DNA of 64,000 nucleotides from NCBI RefSeq assembly GCF_001194135.2, contig NC_068992.1, positions 932,415-996,414 on the forward strand, written 5' to 3'. The position numbers and the translations under genes were made by a program. The DNA is from Octopus bimaculoides (lineage: Eukaryota). Shown here piece by piece: positions 55,467-64,000 of this stretch (positions are counted from its first letter, which is position 1; the number at the start of each line of letters is the position of its first letter). The notes beneath the pieces are model-generated. The model saw nothing but the letters and a program-made list of their open reading frames with translations, was not told where the DNA came from and did no database searches.

Positions 55467-56421
55467 TGACACCAGAAATTTAGGCCTGCAAGGGACTGGC
55501 GTTCCTTACAGTGGCAACTTTGTTCTCGCAGCTTAAATTCTTTGGGACTTTGAATATATTCCCGGTTTACGCACCTTCATGGTCACACAAAATATAAGAA
55601 ATATACAGTAGATTAAAAGGAAGTTTGAAATTGGAAGAAATATCCCTATTCCCTTTTATTAGTACTGAAGGAGAACTAGATCCTGCTGATATATAAAGTA
55701 AAATATGTAATGCTAACCAAACAAAATATGAAGCGTCTTAGAATATTTCCGGAAAAAATTTGATCGACAATTGTCAGGAAATGTATTATTTTCAATTTAT
55801 AATGCAGACAATATACGAAAAAGATATCAATTGTCATTTCTTAAACTGTGCCATCTAAAATAAATTAATTAAGAAACCCTTGTGAAAAAGATGCGTAGGA
55901 TAAGCAAAACAATCGAGAATAGATTGCAATCACAAAATCTTAAAAAAACGAGCCACTTGCTTGAAAGGAGCTATATTTCTCACTAATTCTAAGTGTGATA
56001 GATCTACTTTGAATACTGGATAGATTTTTGAATATTTGGACCATAGAAGAAATATTGCTAAAAGCAAAATCGTTATGAATATAGAAAAGATAAGTGTGAT
56101 AAATAAGAATACAACTATTACCCACAGAAATCATATTACATGCTTGAAATTAAAAATAGATGGAATATATTATTATCAAATGAATAGTATGACGTCAATT
56201 GAACACTCATACTGACAGGATATAAATCTATCTGTTCAAACGCACAAAATTACAAAGGGGAATGTGATTAGTTTTTAATTAAAATACTTGCATGAAACGC
56301 TGGTATTATTATATGAAAGATAGAAATAAAAACATGTAAGTTAACGACATTTCTGTAACAATGTATCAAACTTCTAATTTCCACTACTGCCTTCTCCATA
56401 GACAAAGACCAGAATTTAGAT

Positions 56422-56759
56422 AATAGTAATTTCAAAATTTTGGAACAAGGCCAGCAGTTCTGGGAGTGGGGGGGGGGGCATTGCTCAAATGATACTTATT
56501 TTATCGACTCCGAAAGGATGAAAGGTAAAATAGACATCGGCAACATTTTAACTCAGAACGTAAACACAAACAAAATGCGATGGTCACNNNNNNNNNNNNN
56601 NNNNNNNNNNNNNNNNNNNNNNNNNNNNNNNNNNCGCTGCCGCCCGCTGCCGCCCGCTGCCGCCCGCTGCCGCCGGTCAGCCACGAGCATCGGCAACCTA
56701 TCCGACCCGTTTTGAAATGCCGTTAGCCATTTGCCAGGCGTGCTAATGATTCTGCCAGT
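56422..56759 (-). mobile_element. SINE family A copy interrupted by a GC-rich insert
   Basis: Tail and core at 56422-56578, head at 56715-56759; AAATGC duplicated on both sides of the insert. Confidence 0.85.
56579..56714. other. GC-rich insertion with (CGCCCGCTGC)n decamer repeat, partly N-gap
   Basis: 47/60 G+C at 56641-56700 in an AT-rich background; flanked by AAATGC at 56573-56578 and 56715-56720. Confidence 0.7.
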
Positions 56760-57397
56760 GAGCTGGCAGAGTCTCTTTGTTCATTTCGACTCATAACTGT
56801 TGCATGCGGTGTCTATGATTTTAATGGCCATTAGATACAACGCGAATTACGATAGCTGTTATATGTTTGTATATAACTAGTACTTCATAGCTAGTATTGG
56901 TTGACTCAACAACTACCAAATGAGAATGCAGTAAACTGTACATAATATTACTCACTATTTGGTTTGGAGTGTTTCTATAAAAAGACATTTTAGTCAATAT
57001 AGCGTTTGAAATGTATTGCAAATTCTACACAGACATGAACGAAACATTCTCATTACTATTTTAGATTGTCGCTACTGTCAGCGAGCAGCCTCTCGGTTCA
57101 GGTGCTAAGAAAATCATGAGTTAAAATATACTTCATGTATAAGGGAAGTCTCGTGCAAAAACGTGATCACATGTAAACTAATCATTCAAGGAACACGCTC
57201 TCGCATACACACAAAAAACAAACGTACAAATTGATTCACAACAAACAACCAATCATATCTTAATGTTTTAGACTAATACTTTTGAATTGATCATACACGA
57301 AAAAATATCTTCGCATGTAGGTTTAAAAGAAAACGGAACGCATATAGCATTTCTTTATCTATACGCACATACATACATACATACGTACACACATACA

Positions 57398-57694
57398 TGT
57401 TGTTGTTGTTGTTGTTGTTGTTGGCACTCCGTTTCTTACGACGTCGTGGGTTCCAGTTGATCCGATCAACGGAACAGCCTGCTCGTGAAATTAACGTGCA
57501 AGTGGCTGAGCACTCCACAGACACATGTACCCCTTACGTAGTTCTCGGGGATATTTAGCGTGACGCAGTGTGACAAGGCTGACCCTATGAATTGCAGGCA
57601 CAAAAGAAACAGGAAGTAAGAGTAAGAGAAAGTTGTGGTGAAAGAGTACAGCACGGTTCGCCACCACCCCCTGCCGGAGCCTCGTGGAGTTTTA
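57398..57694 (-). mobile_element. SINE-like interspersed repeat family C with (AAC)n tail
   Basis: GC-balanced ~300-bp block ending, on the minus strand, ...GTAAGAAACGGAGTGCC(AAC)n. The simple-repeat tail is typical of retroposons; single copy in this window. Confidence 0.65.
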
Positions 57695-59008
57695 ATTATT
57701 TTTGCTCAATAAACACTCACAACACCTATTTTCTTTTGGTATAAAAGAATGCAAGTGTGATTGTCTGTATTATATGCATGTTTGCATATCCATATTTGTC
57801 ACTGGAAGTAAACCGTAGGTAACATTTTGCCAGTTTTTTTACATGCATTGTTAAAAATAACGCTGGAAACAAATCATTACCTTCATATTTTACAAGACAT
57901 GTCTGACCATGTTTTTCAAGTTATAAGTTTTGATATACTCATGAAAGATTTCCAACACATAAAACAGTGAATTATTTTCTTTTCCCAGTGCATATTCTTT
58001 TGTCATTTGTTAGAAATTCGTCATAGACAAAATGGCTACTACACAATTCATAGTGGCATTTTACCTATTGTTCACTTTTTTCATGCTTGGAAGACAATGA
58101 TTTCCTTCGAAAATCTAACAGTGATATTCAGTAATATTTTGCGTAATTAACATTATTTACTAATTGACTCTCAACATTATGTTATTAATATAATATTTCG
58201 GTTGAAGAAATAAAAAAATACGCATAACAAATGAACAAAACTCTGATGTTGAAAATAAATGGAATGAATTTCAAAGATTTCTGCTTCTCTCATGATCCAT
58301 AGTATATTAGGTGTTCTAATCGCAGAATCAGGATGCTATTTATGTCAATGGACTTACTATAAATACTAAGAACATTTATTGTCATAAACCTATTCGCTGA
58401 GAAATTTTCACCGTATTATTTATGCCAAACTAACAGATTTCAACTGTGTGTTTCTGTTCGAATGAATCTAAACACATCGTTTGAAGGCATACGCTTATGA
58501 AAAGCAACAACGATATAATTTTATAAGAGTGGACACTTATTTATTTGTCGAGTGTTTCCTCCTATGATCCGAAAATCATGTTAGTACAGCATTTTAATAG
58601 TTCTGCATTAAAGAACGAACCTATTCTTGATGTTTTAATGTGACCCGTAAGTTAAACATAACCCCTAAGATCATCTTGTTTGATGTCAAATAAATGTCGT
58701 AAAACTATAACTGAAACATAGCTTCATAAATATTCAATTTTTATTCGCCAATATTGAAGGCATTACATTCACTGTCATCATGTTTCAATAAATCGAACGA
58801 TGACATAATCCTTGCAGTGTGTAATTCATTAATACTCGCGCTTTTGAATGCGCTCATACATTTCTATGCTAACTTCCTTCTCATTTCGAAAGGTTTCGGT
58901 TATCTGGTTAAAGCATCCACGATTCCTACCTTTTCTGCGATATATCAAGGTCTTTACTCAAGAAACTAAAACGAGGCTCTAGCGTTTACCGATTTACTGA
59001 GGTCGAAT

Positions 59009-59048
<40 letters not shown>

Positions 59049-59062
59049 GTATACATATGTGC

Positions 59063-59097
<35 letters not shown>

Positions 59098-59240
59098 GTG
59101 TGTGTGTGTGTGTGTGTGTATATATTAGTGTGTGTGTGTGTGTGTATATCTATATTAGTGTGTGTTTATGAGTATATGTATAGATATATGTGTGCATATT
59201 TAAGTATATATATATATATATATAGATAGATAGATAGATA

Positions 59241-59578
59241 GCTGAGGACCCAATATTGCAACAGCTTGCGTTTCAGGGTAGGGACCAGAACTGCTTTACA
59301 TCTTGCGAATGAACCTAAGAGATCTGCAAGGTGTAAATGTGGAAACATTCAAAAAGCATTTGAACAAATTTCGATCTGAGATCCCAGATGAGCCCACATC
59401 ACGGCAGGGGACACAAAGAAGGGCAACTTCGTCCACCTCAAGTCTTCACCAAAAAAAAAAAAAAAAAAACTACCGAAAGNNNNNNNNNNTACCGAAAGAA
59501 GACACTAAAACGCTGAAAGGTGGTGCTCCGGCATTACCCCAGCCTCTGACTGAAACCAGTGTATTAAAAAGAAGAATA
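59241..59578 (+). mobile_element. CR1/L2-like LINE 3' end (ORF C-terminus and 3' UTR)
   Basis: LRTQYCNSLRFR / MNLRDLQGVNVETFKKHLNKFRSEIPDEPTSRQGTQRRATSSTSSLHQ (LP..LR.L.GV.V..FK..LD..L..IPDEP motif), then tail GGTGGTGCTCC...CTGAAAC. Confidence 0.85.
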
Positions 59579-60758
59579 TAAGAATATGTATTACATGTGT
59601 GTGTATATATATATATACACATATAAATATGTGTGTGCGTGTGTGTGCATGCGTGTGTGTATGACATAGATACAGAACATAAGTTAATGATATTTCTCTT
59701 TTTTTATAATGCATGCTCCAATAAGACCCCATCCACACACACTCACACACGCACATCATAATCTTCAAATGATAACATCAAAATATAAGAAACAAATTAA
59801 ATGTACTTACATAGCAAAACTTACACCTAGACAAAGCAAAATTAATTACTTCAGTAATAAATAAAAGATAACAGCGGTTACACGAAACTCAATGGTAACA
59901 GAGAAACCATAAAGATATGCAGATATAACTGACGTACACATACACACACACACACACGCACGCACGCACACGCACACACGCACACACACATAGACACTCA
60001 GGCGTACGTATCATAGAAAATAAAAATAAAAAACTATAAATATCGAAACTACAGCAATGAAGATAATGTAAAAAAATAATAGACGCGTAGCTGAAGAGAA
60101 TAAAGGAAGACAAGTGTTTGAAGACAATAAAAAAAGACTTGAAAAATAAATAAAACGGGAAGAGGAAACAGGGTTATACGTAAAGAATCGTAAAGTTAAT
60201 AACGTAACAAAAATGTACATACGTTTATGCTACTAGTAAATCCAACGACCGCATCGATAATAAATTAATTGGGGAAGCATTGAGAGACCTGGAGTTCAAA
60301 GTACAGAATCATAGACACGAGTGGACATATAATATGCATTAACGATCTGTAGTGACAAAACATATCAATGGAGCTGCGTCATTTTATGTACAAGTACGCC
60401 AAAAAGATATTTAAATAAACATAAAGGAAATCTATAAACATTAGTATTAATATCAAAACTTTATTACCTATAGCAGAAAAGAATATTAATAACGTTAATA
60501 ATAAGTTCAACTACCTATTGAATATAATATAATATCATATAATATCATATTATAATACACTAACTTAATAGTTACAACAAATTATACATGAGACAAGACT
60601 CAATAGATAATTATAGCATTAATATTAGCAAGACAAGTGACTGAAATTATGATTTCAAATCAATTAAAAAATTATACAAATGTATACATAATAGAAGTGA
60701 TAGAGACCTACTGATCGGTGGAAATAGATTTCGTAGTTCCATGAACGACTTAAATATA

Positions 60759-62068
60759 CGAGGGAGCGCTGAAAAGTTCCTAGCCGTTAAGGATGTCGTG
60801 AAAGGGTAGGTAGAGCTGTTACGTTTAATGGGGCAGTAGGACAACTATTTAGTAGAAGATATGAAAAACGTACCATGGTATACAATATACCTTTCTCGCT
60901 TTTACAGTTTTAACACATGATGTCAGTGGAGTTTAATAAAATTATAGCACTGGCGTTTATGTAAATCCTCTTTTTGCAAGGCAAAGGAGGGGCGAATATC
61001 CATGGCAAGACGCAGGAAGTCTTAATGGTTGGCTACCCATATTACTCCACAGTGAAAATCTGGGTCTCAAGCTTTAAGACTGGTAATTTCGAGGTCAGCT
61101 GTGAACTCCGGTCAGGACGGCGAATTGCCGCGACCTAAGACAACAAATCCAACGTTGTGCACGCCATTATTCTCGAGGACTACCGGATTTCAGCTAAATT
61201 CATATCTGAGAATCTGGGCATTCCCGAGAAAGAGTTGGCCACACCACCCACAACATTCTGGATGAGAAAGCTTTCCGCAAAATGGCTGACGAAATGCCTG
61301 AACGCAGATCAGAAGCGCTTCATAGAAGCGGCATCAAATAGGGTTTTGTACCGGTTTGCAGCGGGAGAGGCTGATGTTATGGTACGTTTAGACACCATGA
61401 ATGAAACTTGTCTTCATCATTATGATCCCATACCAAACAGTCATGAATGGATGGTGTCACAGCGGTTCACCGCATCTCAAGAGATCCAGAATGGAAAGAT
61501 TCTGGCTTCAAGTGGAAAAATTCTGTTTTCAGCTGGAAAGATTCTGGTTTCAGTGTTTCGGAAAAAATGGAGCACTTCTCATAAAATATCTCCCAAAGCG
61601 TCGCTCTATCAACGCAGAATACTACATGTCTCTGTTGGACTAACTGCTTGAAGTTTTGGAGCAGAAACGCCGTGGAGAGCTGAGCCGTGGTTTCCTGTTT
61701 TTTGCAAGACAATCCACCAGTACACCCAGCACATAAAGTGCTACGGAAAATACACAACTTTCGCTTCGAATTGGTAGTCCACCCAGTCTACTCTCCTGAC
61801 GTGACCATCTCCGACTATCACTTCTATCCACAACTGAAGAAACATCTCAAGGGAACGAAATCTTACTCCGATTCGGCAGAGATCGCTGCTGAAGAAGCCT
61901 GGCTGGAGGCCCAACCTGCTGGGTTCTTTTTACAGTGCTTAGAAAAACTGAAGGATCACTGCAATAAGTGTTTGAATCTGAAAGGGGAATATGTTGCATA
62001 ATATCATAATTAACTGATCCTCCTGTATTTTCTTTTACCCAAAGCCAGCAACTTTCCAGCACCCCTCG
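60759..62068 (+). mobile_element. Full-length (1310 bp) inactive mariner transposon with TIRs and TA target duplication
   Basis: TA|CGAGGGAGCGCTGAAAAGTTCCTAGC at left and GCCAGCAACTTTCCAGCACCCCTCG|TA at right (imperfect TIRs). Confidence 0.93.
60917..62001 (+). pseudogene. Mariner DD34D transposase pseudogene
   Basis: HTH region ...RSGRRIAAT*..., MRKLSAKWLTKCL (WVPH/R-like), TMNETCLHHYDP (first D mutated to N), QDNPPVH, YSPDVTISDY; several stops and frameshifts. Confidence 0.92.
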
Positions 62069-63362
62069 TACATATTTGGCATCTATGACTTGTTTTTTTG
62101 CTAGTCTTTCTTTTCAGAAACAATAGCAAACTAATGCAATTTCGAAGTCTACCATATTTAACAAAGAGCTAGATAGAAAATGTTTATTATTATTAAAGGT
62201 GTGTTTTTGAATAGAATTGCGCGACTTGATCAAGTTCGTTGTACAAAATTATTATTTGTTTCTTATATGCATTTAGATATTATATTATTTTGAGTGCATT
62301 TCTCTTCTACAGGATACATCAGAGATGTTCTGTTGCAATTACGAGTACTAACAAGTCGGAAAACATAACATTACTATCTAGATTATGATTTTCTGTATGA
62401 GAATAGTAAAGAGCATGCTCAATAAGTTATCGGAATTATGCTGTTTCTAACGTGAAGCTGTAGGGACAGATTTATGCTTTCCTATCGTCTCACACCTTGT
62501 CATACCACTAATCCATCTATACTCAAATGTATTCTATTGTTCTCTAGTCTTCTGTCTGTTTTATATACTCTATTTCTTAAATAATTGTGATGGTCGGAAT
62601 TTTAAAATACAAAAATAGACCATATTCTAGTTAAAAAATTGGTACTATCTACGTTTCAGCGGAACATAGGCACCAAGTTTTTTGGGGGGCCTTTGATATG
62701 CGATGATTCCACTGTTAGAGAATAGTGGATAAAACCAGGTAATATTCATTCTTTATCATCTTTATAAAGGATTCCACACCAAGTATTAGAATCATGCATC
62801 CTTTCTAAATGGACTTCTTGAAATCTCTTCGTCTACTGTTGTTTCATTAGATCTATATTCGTCTAATAATCGATTATCGCAAGTGTTACCATCATTTCAG
62901 TTATGACTAATTAGTATATCTGCACTTCTATAATTAGAATATGTAGAAATTCCTAAGTTATCCAGGATCCTGCAGACAACAATATAACATTTCTGAAAGT
63001 GGTGTTTGGTTTAGTATTATTATTTGTGTTATGAGATACATATCATAGAGTTTCATCGGTGTCTCTAGGTTTATCCAATCAAACAGCAAAATTATTTTTA
63101 ACAGTGATGTATCTTCTTTTACGTCACGGTCAGGCTGATGAATTGTTGGAGAAATTCATTCTAATAAAACAACAGTCTCCTAAGCCAAACATATGGCTTT
63201 ATTTTCTTACTAGTGTCCTAAAATAAACACTAATTTTTAGTAGATTATTGATCGCACTATGAATGACTTTAAAAAATGCTTCATACAAGTGTCCTAAAAA
63301 TACTTATTTTTCACGTTATAACCATCAGTAGCTACAGACGAATTTGTAATATTCGATACATT

Positions 63363-63567
63363 AAGGCGGCGAACTGGTAGAAATGTTAGCACGCCGGGTG
63401 AAATGCTTAGTCGTGGTATTTTGTCTATCTTTACGTTCTGAGTAAAAACTTCTGTCGAGGTCGAGCTTGCCTTTCAACCTTTCTGGGTCGATAAATTAAG
63501 TACCAGTTACGTACTGGGACCTCCCACCCCCCAAAAAAATTCAGGGCTTCTGCCTAGAGTAGAAAAC
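63363..63567 (+). mobile_element. SINE family A copy (alternative tail) with 15-bp TSD
   Basis: Full head and core; flanked by AATATTCGATACATT (63348-63362) and AATATTCGATATATT (63568-63582). Confidence 0.9.
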
Positions 63568-63839
63568 AATATTCGATATATTGTTATCAAAGACTGCTCG
63601 TTAGCGAAAAGGTTTCAAATTTTAATAGAAATATTTACAGCTCATCTTATATGAGACCAAGGGTGGTTAAAGGACTTATTAACGTACCCGAGGCATTCAT
63701 TAGATCCATGGAAACAGCTAGTTCAAATTTAAGGTTAACAAAGATGTCTACGAAAAAGACACACACAGACACACACGCAAAGAAAGTCTTAAACTATCTG
63801 TCGAGGCTTAGCTAATCTTTTCTAAATACAAAAGCTAAA

Positions 63840-63965
63840 GCCTAGACGTGGCTGTCTGATAAGAGTTGCTTTCCAGCCACTTTGTTCTGGCTCAGTCTTA
63901 TAAGCAAGTGTTTTCTATTCTAGTCTGTTATCAGATTTGGTGGACGAAGACAAAGAAGACCGCCA
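63840..63965 (+). mobile_element. Degenerate SINE family B head
   Basis: GTGGCTGTCTGATAAGAGTTGCTTTCCAGCCAC...AGCAAGTGTTTTCTATT...GATTTGGTGGACG resembles the 35103 copy. Confidence 0.6.
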
Positions 63966-64000
63966 TATACATACATAGGAAATCCACCCCGCAAAAAAAT

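Noticed and set aside
58030-58131. MATTQFIVAFLPIVHFFHAW..., faintly like the 36563 leader
   Set aside because: Similarity is limited to a few residues and the donor is weaker; likely chance.

Overview
AT-rich, microsatellite-dense eukaryotic DNA from a gapped draft assembly (14 N-runs, most flanked by TA/CA/GA/TAA repeats). The SINE families and repeat landscape resemble an octopus/coleoid cephalopod genome; this is an inference from pattern, not a database result. I cannot support any complete host gene. The best candidate is a signal-peptide-like first exon at 36542/36563-36623. Most supplied ORFs are microsatellite or N-gap artefacts. Recognisable content is transposon-derived: (1) four fragments of R4/Dong-clade REL-endonuclease retrotransposons from at least two divergent families, with three loci preceded by (TAA)n on the sense strand; (2) CR1/L2-like and RTE-like LINE fragments; (3) three tRNA-SINE-like families (about 18 copies or fragments), one sharing its 3' tail with the CR1-like LINE; (4) one full-length dead mariner, one deleted mariner and a maT-like fragment; (5) a probable non-autonomous Helitron with an internal tandem duplication. 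Structures these do not explain include a 68-bp near-perfect hairpin (49386-49537), a GC-rich insert with a 6-bp target duplication inside a SINE (56579-56714), a 230-bp local duplication and twin perfect hairpins at 23.6-23.7 kb.
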